Source: Eubacteriales bacterium (GTDB taxonomy: Bacteria > Bacillota > Clostridia > Oscillospirales > CAG-272). From it: 64,000 nucleotides of DNA. The stretch spans positions 193,454 to 257,453 of the forward strand of contig JAZQXP010000066.1 in the NCBI GenBank assembly GCA_045632925.1, read 5' to 3'. The translations under genes and the position numbers were made by a program. Each line of letters begins with the position of its first letter. The first letter of the stretch is position 1. Below, one piece after another: positions 18,686 to 27,191 of the stretch. The notes under the pieces are model-generated. The model saw nothing but the letters and a program-made list of their open reading frames with translations, was not told the origin of the DNA and made no database searches.

Positions 18686-20338
18686 ATGAAAGAACTCAAA
18701 AAAGCCGCTTACGCTCCCGTGAAGGGTCCTGTTCTCACCATCGTTATGGACGGTGTCGGAATTGCACCCGAAGGACCTACAAATGCCGTAAGCCGCGCGT
18801 TCACTCCCACTCTTGACAAGCTTCTCAAGGATTATCCCTGCGTAACCCTCAAGGCTCACGGTACCGCAGTCGGTCTTCCCAGCGATGATGACATGGGTAA
18901 CTCCGAGGTTGGACACAACGCTCTCGGCGCAGGTCAGGTTTTCGCACAGGGCGCAAAGCTCGTAACTCAGTCTATCGAGTCGGGCAAGATGTTTGCTTCC
19001 GAGACCTGGCAGACCCTTATTTCCAACGTAAAGACCAACTCCTCTACCCTTCACTTCCTCGGACTCTTCTCCGACGGTAACGTACACTCGCATATCGACC
19101 ACCTCAAGGCTATGCTCGTACGCGCAAAGGAAGAGGGCGTAAATAAGATCCGTATCCACATCCTTCTTGACGGTCGTGACGTAGGCGAGACCTCCGCTCT
19201 CGAATACATCCTTCCCTTCGAGGAGTTCCTTACCTCTCTCCGCTCCGACGATCTCGACATTTGCATCGCTAGTGGCGGCGGAAGAATGAAGATCACCATG
19301 GACCGTTACGAGGCTGACTGGTCGATGGTTGAGCGCGGCTGGCAGACCCACGTTCTCGGCGAGGGCAGACAGTTCGCATCCGCAGAGGAGGCTGTCAAGA
19401 CCTACCGTGCAGAGACCGGCGTTATCGACCAGGATCTCCCCGCATTCGTTATCGCAAAGGACGGCAAGCCCGTCGGCACAGTTGAAGACGGCGACAGCTT
19501 CATCTTCTTCAACTTCCGCGGAGACCGTTCGCTTGAGATCTCCCGCACCTTTGACGAGGGCGAGACTTTCACCAAATTTGATAGAGTTCGCCACCCCAAT
19601 GTAGTTTACGCAGGTATGCTCGAGTACGACGGCGACCTTCACATTCCCTCTCGCTACCTCGTTTCTCCTCCCGAGATCACCAATACCCTCGGCGAGTACC
19701 TTGCAGGCAGCGGAATCTCCCAGCTTGCGATCTCCGAGACCCAGAAATACGGTCACGTGACCTACTTCTGGAACGGCAACCGCTCGGGCAAGTTCTCCGA
19801 GGAGCTCGAGACCTACATCGAGGTTCCCTCCGACGTTATTCCCTTCGAGCAGAGACCCTGGATGAAGTGCGCTGAGATCACCGACAAGCTCATCGAGTGC
19901 CTTGAGTCGGGCAAGTACCGCTACCTCCGCGTAAACTTCCCCAACGGCGACATGGTCGGTCACACAGGCTCGCTCCTCGCTACAGTTTGCTCCATGGAAG
20001 CACTTGACCTTCAGCTTGCACGTATCCTCGCAGTAGTAGACAAGCTCGGCGGCGTTGCAGTTATCACCGCTGACCACGGTAACGCAGACGAGATGGCAGA
20101 GCTTGACAAGAAGACTAAGGCTCCCAAGACCAACAAGGACGGCTCCTACAAGGCAAAGTCCTCGCACACCCTCAACCCCGTTCCCTGCATCATCTACGAC
20201 GCATCGGGCGAGGGCAGAATCAGCGTCAAGGCTGATAACGGTCAGTTCGGACTTTCCAACGTAGCCGCTACAGTTGTTAACCTCCTCGGATACGAGGCTC
20301 CCGAGATGTGGGATGAGTCTCTTATCGAGATGAAGTGA
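18686..20338 (+). CDS. gpmI: 2,3-bisphosphoglycerate-independent phosphoglycerate mutase (long form)
   Basis: 550 aa. DDMGNSEVGHNALGAG, SDGNVHSH and ITADHGNADEM motifs. Confidence 0.9.
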   Translation: MKELKKAAYAPVKGPVLTIVMDGVGIAPEGPTNAVSRAFTPTLDKLLKDYPCVTLKAHGTAVGLPSDDDMGNSEVGHNALGAGQVFAQGAKLVTQSIESGKMFASETWQTLISNVKTNSSTLHFLGLFSDGNVHSHIDHLKAMLVRAKEEGVNKIRIHILLDGRDVGETSALEYILPFEEFLTSLRSDDLDICIASGGGRMKITMDRYEADWSMVERGWQTHVLGEGRQFASAEEAVKTYRAETGVIDQDLPAFVIAKDGKPVGTVEDGDSFIFFNFRGDRSLEISRTFDEGETFTKFDRVRHPNVVYAGMLEYDGDLHIPSRYLVSPPEITNTLGEYLAGSGISQLAISETQKYGHVTYFWNGNRSGKFSEELETYIEVPSDVIPFEQRPWMKCAEITDKLIECLESGKYRYLRVNFPNGDMVGHTGSLLATVCSMEALDLQLARILAVVDKLGGVAVITADHGNADEMAELDKKTKAPKTNKDGSYKAKSSHTLNPVPCIIYDASGEGRISVKADNGQFGLSNVAATVVNLLGYEAPEMWDESLIEMK

Positions 20339-20356
20339 TGTTAACTTAATATGATT

Positions 20357-20400
20357 TCGCCCGCGCGTCCGAAAGGATGCGCGGGCGAATTATTCATTTT
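20357..20400 (+). terminator. terminator after gpmI
   Basis: 14-bp stem tcgcccgcgcgtcc-gaaa-ggatgcgcgggcga followed by a T-rich tract. Confidence 0.85.
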
Positions 20401-20485
20401 TCATTATTCATCATTCATTATTCATTCAACGGCATTAATGAATGATGAATAATGAAGCCGCTTCGCTGATGAATAATGAATAATT
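20388..20485. repeat. inverted repeat built from TTCATTA-type short tandem repeats
   Basis: 20400-20420 (ttcattattcatcattcatta) is perfectly complementary to 20436-20456 (taatgaatgatgaataatgaa). The outer arms 20388-20400 and 20467-20485 are partially complementary. Confidence 0.8.
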
Positions 20486-20580
20486 GCGGTGAATTTCCTC
20501 GCCAAAACTCGGAAATTTTCGATTATTATTAAAGAGCCGATCAAGGATTTTACTCCCCGATCGGCTCAAAATTTTAGGTT

Positions 20581-21162
20581 TTAGATCTTATCATCCATAA
20601 TGTCTATGGCAAGCAGACTGAGTTGAGACTGAACATACTGAATAACTTGAGTCAAATCATCGTCGATAGCAACTTCGGATGCTTCATCCAAATATGTAAG
20701 CCAAAGATTTTTGATAGTATCGATCTTCTCTTTTTTTGCGTTCTTCTGCTCTTGATACAGATCGTTATACACGGTTTTGTAGAAGTCAAGCATCGAATAG
20801 AGCGTTTTTTCTCGTTTGTCGAAAACGGTCGCGATAACCTCGATCTTTTCCCTAGCCACACATTCAGAGTTATCATTTACCTCTATAATCTCGTTCATCG
20901 TTTCACTCAAAGATGCCAACTGATCCTGAAGCTTGATGATCTGTGCCCAGACTTCCGATTTGGTAAGCTCGGCGTTTTTCTGTTCTGCGGTGATATTGAT
21001 ATTTTCTGACATTTTATTATCCTCCAAATTATCTTTTGGCGGACACGCAAGGCAAATCTTATTTTCTCCTACGAAGCGTGCCCTGCCACTTTTTACAAGA
21101 CCTTTTGCCCTCTTCGGGTAGGTCGCTTCATATTCATTACCTTGGCTGTCAACAACAATCAC
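20581..21162 (-). CDS. hypothetical protein; N-terminal ~45 aa resembles a PLMP/RRXRR-type mini-domain and the rest is a helical coiled coil; start codon uncertain
   Basis: The track ORF has a GTG start at 21162 without an SD. An in-frame ATG at 21012 has GGAGGA 7 nt upstream. N-terminus: IVVDSQGNEYEATYPKRAKGLVKSGRARFV. Confidence 0.4.
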   Translation of the reverse strand: MIVVDSQGNEYEATYPKRAKGLVKSGRARFVGENKICLACPPKDNLEDNKMSENINITAEQKNAELTKSEVWAQIIKLQDQLASLSETMNEIIEVNDNSECVAREKIEVIATVFDKREKTLYSMLDFYKTVYNDLYQEQKNAKKEKIDTIKNLWLTYLDEASEVAIDDDLTQVIQYVQSQLSLLAIDIMDDKI

Positions 21163-21263
21163 GTTTTTTTCGATGGGTGTCGCCCCCTTTGTTATTGAAG
21201 TTAAGATATTTAATTCGTGAATTTCGTTTTTTGTTATGGGTGCCGTCCCCGATTCACAAACAT

Positions 21264-21293
21264 ATTATATCACAAAACCGTTCGTTTTGGCAA
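21264..21293 (-). promoter_or_regulatory. promoter of the 20581-21162 gene
   Basis: On the minus strand: TTGCCA (21293-21288), 18 nt spacer, TGaTATAAT (-10 hexamer at 21269-21264). Confidence 0.55.
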
Positions 21294-21297
21294 ATTT

Positions 21298-21350
21298 GGG
21301 ATAAACGGTATGATTTTAGGGATAAAATGCAGAAAACTCAGATTTATCCC
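21298..21350 (-). promoter_or_regulatory. tandem TTTATCCC boxes (21-nt period) plus one inverted copy
   Basis: Minus-strand TTTATCCC at 21298-21305 and 21319-21326. An inverted copy lies at 21343-21350. The proximal box is 28 nt from the -10 hexamer. The same block occurs at 59434-59462. Confidence 0.6.
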
Positions 21351-21430
21351 ACAAATTTTGCCTTTTCGCGCGCTTTGTGATGATTAATTATAACATAACT
21401 TGGATGGATTGTCAATAGCATATTGAAAAA

Positions 21431-21610
21431 TCTCTCCCTCCACCGTCGTCAAGCGACGGTCCCCCTCCCTCCTCAGAGGGAGGCAAGGAGCATGTGCGAA
21501 CATTGCAAATATAGCCGATAAACCGCATCAAAATACAGGACGCCTATGTTCGCACTTTCACCTTGGCTCCCTCTGAGGAGGGAGCTGTCGCAAAGCGACT
21601 GAGGGAGAGA
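21431..21610. repeat. ~180-nt imperfect palindrome made of nested mini-palindromes
   Basis: tctctccctc(21431)/gagggagaga(21601-21610). cctccctc-ctca-gagggagg (21464-21483) faces ctccctc-tgag-gagggag (21567-21584). gtgcgaacat (21494-21503) pairs with atgttcgcac (21546-21555). The central loop is 42 nt. Confidence 0.8.
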
Positions 21611-21632
21611 AAAACTGCCGCATTCGCGGCAG
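21610..21632 (-). terminator. terminator after the MFS gene
   Basis: ctgccgc-attc-gcggcag stem with a T-tract on the minus strand. Confidence 0.75.
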
Positions 21633-21640
21633 TTTATTTA

Positions 21641-22876
21641 TTATACTTTCTTCTTAAAATACCTAACCGTAACGGCGAGGGCGATGATACCGATCAGCGG
21701 GAAGACGGTTGTAAGCAGCATTCCCGATTTCATTCCGATCTGCTCGGCGGTGAGGCCTGTGGTGAGGGCGAGGTCGGCGGCGAAGGAGGATGCGGTCACT
21801 TTATCGACGACGATTCCTAAAAGCTGGGGCGCGATAGATGCGCCGAGGTCTCCGCCCGACGCCATAAGCGCGTATGCGGCGACTCCCGCGCCGGGGAGCT
21901 TTTCCTCCATAAATATCAGCGTGCCGGGCCAGAGCATCGAGGTGAACATACCCGTCAGCGCGCAGGTGACAAGTGCGACAATGGCATTTGTCGAAAGTCC
22001 CGCAACGAGATAGCAAGCAACCGCGCCGATCATTCCGACAAAGAGGACCGGCGTGATGCTCTTGCCGAATTTGGCGTAACCCATTCTCGTCAGCGCAAGA
22101 AGGATGGCGAACATCGCGGTTCCGAGGATATCGCCGAGGGCTTTATCGATTCCGATGGCGTTTTCCATAAAGCTCGATACCCAGTTTGACATCGTATTCT
22201 CGGCACAGCTTCCGAAGAAGATGCAAGCCACGCAGAGGGCGAGTCCGACCACATATTTCTTCGATCTCTCACCGCCTGTCGAGGTCTCCGAGGGAGTCAT
22301 ATCGGGCATCGGCGATATCATAAAGAGCACGGCGGTAGAAATAGGCAGAGCGGCAAACAGAAGTGTCAAATAGCTCCAATTTTCGCTTCCGAAGAGCTTG
22401 AAGAAGATCGTACTTATCACGATGACCACGGTAACTCCGACGCCGTAGAGAGAATGCAGGAAGCTCATATCGCGTCCGGGGTTATCCGAGGGCAGAGCGG
22501 CAACGACGGGACTGACAAGCACCTCGGAAAGTCCTGCGGAGATCGAGAAGATCACGGTTGCGATCGCAAATCCCGTGAATACCGAGTTCGGGAAGATCAA
22601 AGGTGAGAAAGCATAGAAGGTGAGTCCGAGCGAGGTTATGATAGGCATAACTCTGACTAAGAACTTTTCATTGAAGTACTTTGAAAAGAAGGAAAGGATC
22701 AGGTCGACCGTAAGCTGTGTGCAGAAATTGATCAGCACGAGCGTTCCGAGGTTCGTATAGGAAACGCCGTACATATCGTGGAAGGTCACGAAAAGCAGCG
22801 GGGGCAGTGCGAAAGCCGACGCCATAGTGACGTAGGCGGAATAGCAGGCGAGTTTGGTTCTTTTATAGTTTGGCAT
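21641..22876 (-). CDS. MFS transporter
   Basis: 411 aa with about 12 hydrophobic helices in a 6+6 arrangement around a central loop. Confidence 0.75.
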   Translation of the reverse strand: MPNYKRTKLACYSAYVTMASAFALPPLLFVTFHDMYGVSYTNLGTLVLINFCTQLTVDLILSFFSKYFNEKFLVRVMPIITSLGLTFYAFSPLIFPNSVFTGFAIATVIFSISAGLSEVLVSPVVAALPSDNPGRDMSFLHSLYGVGVTVVIVISTIFFKLFGSENWSYLTLLFAALPISTAVLFMISPMPDMTPSETSTGGERSKKYVVGLALCVACIFFGSCAENTMSNWVSSFMENAIGIDKALGDILGTAMFAILLALTRMGYAKFGKSITPVLFVGMIGAVACYLVAGLSTNAIVALVTCALTGMFTSMLWPGTLIFMEEKLPGAGVAAYALMASGGDLGASIAPQLLGIVVDKVTASSFAADLALTTGLTAEQIGMKSGMLLTTVFPLIGIIALAVTVRYFKKKV

Positions 22877-23886
22877 TATTTCAATTCATCAAGGAAATAT
22901 GCTCTCGAATGCGCGGGCTTGCCCTTTTCGTCGCGGATGGTTACGCGGACGTAGTTGTCGGTCGGCTTAAGCTCAAAGGTTGCTTCAGTGATGGGGGTAC
23001 CGTCTATATTGCCGAAGAGTGCGGCGTGACGCGAGCCTGTGCTGAATGCGATAGTTGCAACGGGCGAGGTCTTAACAGTAACCTTGCCGTCCTCATAGCT
23101 TATCTCGGTGAAATCGGGGCCCTGTGATGCGTAATAATTACCATTTGCCATCGCATCGGTTATAGTCTTATAATCGAGCTTATCGGCCTTGATGCAGGTC
23201 CACGCACCAAAGGAGTCCCAGTTTACTGTGCCCGGATGCTTATTGTGGTTATCGTCGGTTCCGAGACAGCCTATGCGATCGCCCGCGAGGAGCATATCGT
23301 CGTATTCCTTGTCGTTCTGCTCGGGGTAGCCGAGGCATACGCAACCGTAGTTGCAGATCTCCATAGCGTCCATACCGTGATACTTGGTATAGCGGGTGTA
23401 ATCCTCCTGTGCCCAGGTGGGGTGGTTATATGTAACGAAGAATCCCGCAGCCTTTGCTCTTGCGATCGACTCATTGATCGATTCGGGGGTGTATTCGGGC
23501 TTGAACTCGGGCTCGTCCGCGAGATTTGCCTTGTCCTCGTTCTTATTGAAATGCTTGCGGTGGAACCAGCAGACCTGCTTTACGTTCTCGGGATCCTTGG
23601 CGATAAAGCACATATGGCATACGCGCTTTACGCCGTAGAGCTCGTTTATCTCGGGCTCGGTAAATGTGATCTCCCAGCCGTTGAGAGCGAGAAATTCAGA
23701 GTCGGAGAGCTCGGCGTGATGCGGAATGAGAATATCGTGATCGGTATAAGCAACAACGGAATATCCCTCGTTCTTATAGATCTCCTTGACCTCCTCGGGG
23801 GTCAGAGCACCGTCGGAAAGAACGGTGTGACAGTGAAGATTTGCTTTGTAGAAGTTTCCCGATTCGGGGAGCAGGTGCTTTTTCAT
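22876..23886 (-). CDS. PHP-domain metal-dependent phosphoesterase
   Basis: 336 aa. N-terminal ANLHCHTVLSDG (PHP motif I), plus YTDHD and GTDDNHN His/Asp clusters. Confidence 0.7.
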   Translation of the reverse strand: MKKHLLPESGNFYKANLHCHTVLSDGALTPEEVKEIYKNEGYSVVAYTDHDILIPHHAELSDSEFLALNGWEITFTEPEINELYGVKRVCHMCFIAKDPENVKQVCWFHRKHFNKNEDKANLADEPEFKPEYTPESINESIARAKAAGFFVTYNHPTWAQEDYTRYTKYHGMDAMEICNYGCVCLGYPEQNDKEYDDMLLAGDRIGCLGTDDNHNKHPGTVNWDSFGAWTCIKADKLDYKTITDAMANGNYYASQGPDFTEISYEDGKVTVKTSPVATIAFSTGSRHAALFGNIDGTPITEATFELKPTDNYVRVTIRDEKGKPAHSRAYFLDELK

Positions 23887-23955
23887 AATGTTTCCTCCAA
23901 ATTTTTAAAATCCGCAAGCCTCACGGAGACTTGCGGCTAGCCGTACGGCTATTAT

Positions 23956-24591
23956 TTATTCCGCATTTTCGGCGGGGTTTTCTGTTTTCTTTTTAGGCTT
24001 GATGATGATCTTTATCTGCGACCAGAAGATCGTTGCTACCTGTAGCGGAGCACCGAACAGGAAGATATACCAGAGCGACCAATTTGCGATCGAGATATAG
24101 GTCGCGGCGATTATCGTCCAGATTATCAGCGAGATAAAGAGAAAATTGATCTTATATTTGCCCCAAATGGCATTGAATACGAGCAGGTCGATGCAGGTTG
24201 CGGGAACCGCCCACATAAAGGGCAACCACACGCGGTCTGCGCCTGCGCTTTGCATTGCGATGAAGACGATCGTGGCTATGAACCAGACTCCGACGGACGA
24301 GAGAAGCGAGATCAGAAGACGATTCCTCTTCCCCACTCTTACGGCTTCGGCATCGGGCGTCTGCGCGGCTGTTCCGTGGTCGGAGATCAGCCAATCAACA
24401 GTAACGTCGAACATATCCGCGATCTTCCAGAGAACGGCGATATCCGGAACCGACTCACCGCGTTCCCATTTAGAGATCGCCTTATCGGTATAATTGAGCT
24501 TTTCGGCAAACTGCGCCTGAGTCAGTCCCGCGGCATTTCGCATAGCGGAAATGTTCACGGCGATATTTTGCCTGATCTCAACAATATCCAT
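23956..24591 (-). CDS. XRE-family HTH regulator fused to a 4-TM membrane domain
   Basis: 211 aa. LTQAQFAEKLNYTDKAISKWERGESVPD HTH followed by hydrophobic helices. Confidence 0.7.
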   Translation of the reverse strand: MDIVEIRQNIAVNISAMRNAAGLTQAQFAEKLNYTDKAISKWERGESVPDIAVLWKIADMFDVTVDWLISDHGTAAQTPDAEAVRVGKRNRLLISLLSSVGVWFIATIVFIAMQSAGADRVWLPFMWAVPATCIDLLVFNAIWGKYKINFLFISLIIWTIIAATYISIANWSLWYIFLFGAPLQVATIFWSQIKIIIKPKKKTENPAENAE

Positions 24592-24649
24592 ACCCTTCTC
24601 CTTTCGTTTTTAATAATGATATCATAAAAGTATCAAAAATCTTGTCGGA

Positions 24650-25357
24650 TCACTTGAAGATCTTACCCTTTGCATCATGGATCGACAAACGCTTGATCGA
24701 ATAATTCTCCTCCGCGCGCATAAAGATGAGTCGCTTGCGGAGTGCCTCGAGGAGATACTCGGGGCTGAGATTCTGATTGCTTCCCGCGGCGAGAAGCGCG
24801 GTGATCTTGAGCCGCCCCTCGAGTCTTTCGAGCTTAAAGCTCTTGATAAGCGGGAAAATATCGACTTCCTTTTCGCCCGATTTGGTATGCTTCATGACCG
24901 TAAGCGGCGAATTCGAGAGAACGCGGTCGATCTTCTCGAGCATTTCATCGTCGCAATCGTAATCGATAAGATACTCGTAAAGTGCGCCGTCGATATCGGC
25001 AAACTTGCGCTCTGCGGGGTAGCAGGCGAAGAAATCGAGGTCGGCAACGGTTGCTTTATGGAGACGCGCGAGGATGTCCTCTGTGGGAATATCGCGTGTG
25101 AGCTTGATATCCGCCATCTCACATACGCTCTCGCATCCTATCGGAAGCGGAAGTCCGAAAACGAGCTTGGGGTGCGGATTGAAGCCCTGCGTATACCAAA
25201 GCGGAAGCTCGGAGCGGCTAAGGATACGCTGAAAAGTGCGCTGAAGATCGAGATGCGAGATATACTGAAGCGCACCCTTTTTGCAGAAGCAAAGACGGAG
25301 AGTCGCGGGGGTCTCAAGGATCGGATAATCGCTTATTTTTTTGAATTCGGACAGCAT
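24650..25357 (-). CDS. radical-SAM-associated protein (TIGR03936/DUF2344-like)
   Basis: 235 aa. The N-terminal ...CFCKKGALQYISHLDLQRTFQR pattern and its position after the large radical SAM gene support the call. Family named from memory. Confidence 0.65.
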   Translation of the reverse strand: MLSEFKKISDYPILETPATLRLCFCKKGALQYISHLDLQRTFQRILSRSELPLWYTQGFNPHPKLVFGLPLPIGCESVCEMADIKLTRDIPTEDILARLHKATVADLDFFACYPAERKFADIDGALYEYLIDYDCDDEMLEKIDRVLSNSPLTVMKHTKSGEKEVDIFPLIKSFKLERLEGRLKITALLAAGSNQNLSPEYLLEALRKRLIFMRAEENYSIKRLSIHDAKGKIFK

Positions 25358-27180
25358 GTATCCTTACCTCCCAGACAGTTTGCGCCGCAGCCCGAGCACT
25401 GCTCACGGCAGGAGGGCGTGGTCTTTTCTTCATAAGCCTTCCTCTTCTCACGGAGGAGGAATTCCTTTGTCACGCCGACGTCGATGATATCCCAAGGAAG
25501 GACCTCATCATCCGCGCGGCGGCGGTTTGCGTAAAACGCGGTATCGATGCCCGAATCGGCAAAGACCTTCATCCAAGCCTCGGCATCGAAATACTCATCC
25601 CACGCGTCAAAACCGAATCCGCGCTCGTGAGCAAGCAGAAGCGACTTCGAGAGTCTTCTGTCGCCGAGTGCGAGGACCGCCTCGATATGCGAAACACGGG
25701 CGTCGTGGTGATGATACTTGATCTTACGGTCGGTAATGCAGGAACGGAGATGCTGTTGCTTGCGGACGAGCTCGTCCACGGTGTCCTGTGCCTCCCACTG
25801 GAAGGGTGTAAAGGGCTTGGGGACGAAGCAGGAGACGCTGACGCTGACTGTGGGCGCGCGGCGGCTGTGTCCGGGAGTTGCATAGAACTGCTCGACGGTC
25901 GCCTTAGCAAGCTTTGCGATACCCTCGATATCCTCGTCAGTCTCTGTGGGAAGTCCGTTCATAAAATAAAGCTTGACCTGCTCCTTGCCCGATCCGAATG
26001 CGATCGAAGCCGAGCGCATAAGGTCCTCCTCGGTGACGTTCTTATTGATAACGTCGCGGAGTCTCTGCGTGCCCGCCTCGGGCGCGAAGGTGATCGAGGA
26101 TGCTCTGACCGATGCGACCTTCTCCATCAGCTCCTTTGTAAAGGAGTCGATTCTGAGCGAGGGGAGCGAGAGATTCACCTTCTTCTCGTTCGTCCACTCG
26201 ATAAGTCCGTCGGTAAGCTCGGGGAGCTTCGTATAATCGGAGATTGAAAGCGATGTGAGCGAGATCTCCTCGTAGCCGGTTGCTTCATAGATGCATTTCG
26301 CCTGACGAAGCAGAGTTTCGGGAGATTTTTCGCGGACGGGGCGGTAGATCATTCCCGCCTGACAGAAGCGGCAGCCGCGGATACATCCGCGGAAGACCTC
26401 GAGCATAATTCTGTCCTGAACCGTCTCGAGATAGGGCATAACGACCGCCTCGGGGAAATACATTGTGTCAAGATCGGCAACTATGCGCTTCTTGACGCTT
26501 GTCGGGACACCCTCTGCGTTAGGAGTATAAGACTTGACGGTGCCGTCTTCGTTATACTCAACGTCGTAGAGAGACGGAACGTAGACGCCGGAGATCGTGC
26601 GTGCGGCTTCAAGAAGGAATTCCTTCTTTGTTGCGCCCTGCTCCTTCATCTTTACGTAAAGGGCAACGATCTCGGGGAGCATCTCCTCGCCCTCTCCGAT
26701 ATTGAAGAGGTCGAAGAACTCCGCGATGGGCTCGGGGTTGACCGCGCAGGGTCCGCCGCCGATAACGATTGGGAAATCCTCTCCTCTCTCGGAAGCCGAA
26801 AGTGGGATCCCCGCAAGCTCGAGAACGTTGAGAATATTGGTATAGCACATCTCATACTGGAGAGTGAAGCCGAGAAAATCAAAGTCGCGGACATCATCGC
26901 CGCTTTCGTGCGCCTTGAGGAGTATCTCCTTCTCGCGGAGCTTGGCGGTCATATCCTGCCATGGAGCAAATACGCGCTCGCACCATACGTCGTCGCTTTG
27001 GTTGAGAACGCCGTAAAGGATCCTCATACCGAGGTTTGACATACCGATCTCATAGGAATCGGGGAAGCAGAAGGCGAAGCGCGCCTTTACTTTTTCCTTA
27101 TCCTTTATTATCTGTCCGTATTCTCCGCCCGAATATCTGCCGGGCTTCTGAACCGAGCGCAAAAGTGAACTATCGTACAT
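25333..27180 (-). CDS. B12-binding-domain radical SAM protein (TIGR03960-like)
   Basis: 615 aa. CIRGCRFCQAG is the CxxxCxxC cluster motif. Confidence 0.8.
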   Translation of the reverse strand: MYDSSLLRSVQKPGRYSGGEYGQIIKDKEKVKARFAFCFPDSYEIGMSNLGMRILYGVLNQSDDVWCERVFAPWQDMTAKLREKEILLKAHESGDDVRDFDFLGFTLQYEMCYTNILNVLELAGIPLSASERGEDFPIVIGGGPCAVNPEPIAEFFDLFNIGEGEEMLPEIVALYVKMKEQGATKKEFLLEAARTISGVYVPSLYDVEYNEDGTVKSYTPNAEGVPTSVKKRIVADLDTMYFPEAVVMPYLETVQDRIMLEVFRGCIRGCRFCQAGMIYRPVREKSPETLLRQAKCIYEATGYEEISLTSLSISDYTKLPELTDGLIEWTNEKKVNLSLPSLRIDSFTKELMEKVASVRASSITFAPEAGTQRLRDVINKNVTEEDLMRSASIAFGSGKEQVKLYFMNGLPTETDEDIEGIAKLAKATVEQFYATPGHSRRAPTVSVSVSCFVPKPFTPFQWEAQDTVDELVRKQQHLRSCITDRKIKYHHHDARVSHIEAVLALGDRRLSKSLLLAHERGFGFDAWDEYFDAEAWMKVFADSGIDTAFYANRRRADDEVLPWDIIDVGVTKEFLLREKRKAYEEKTTPSCREQCSGCGANCLGGKDTCCPNSKK

Positions 27181-27191
27181 TTTATTTTTCC

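Noticed and set aside
21431-21610. The large palindrome, considered as a 6S RNA or other known sRNA.
   Set aside because: 6S RNA needs a large central bubble. This element pairs almost continuously and has no promoter or terminator of its own that I can see. It is kept as a repeat finding only.
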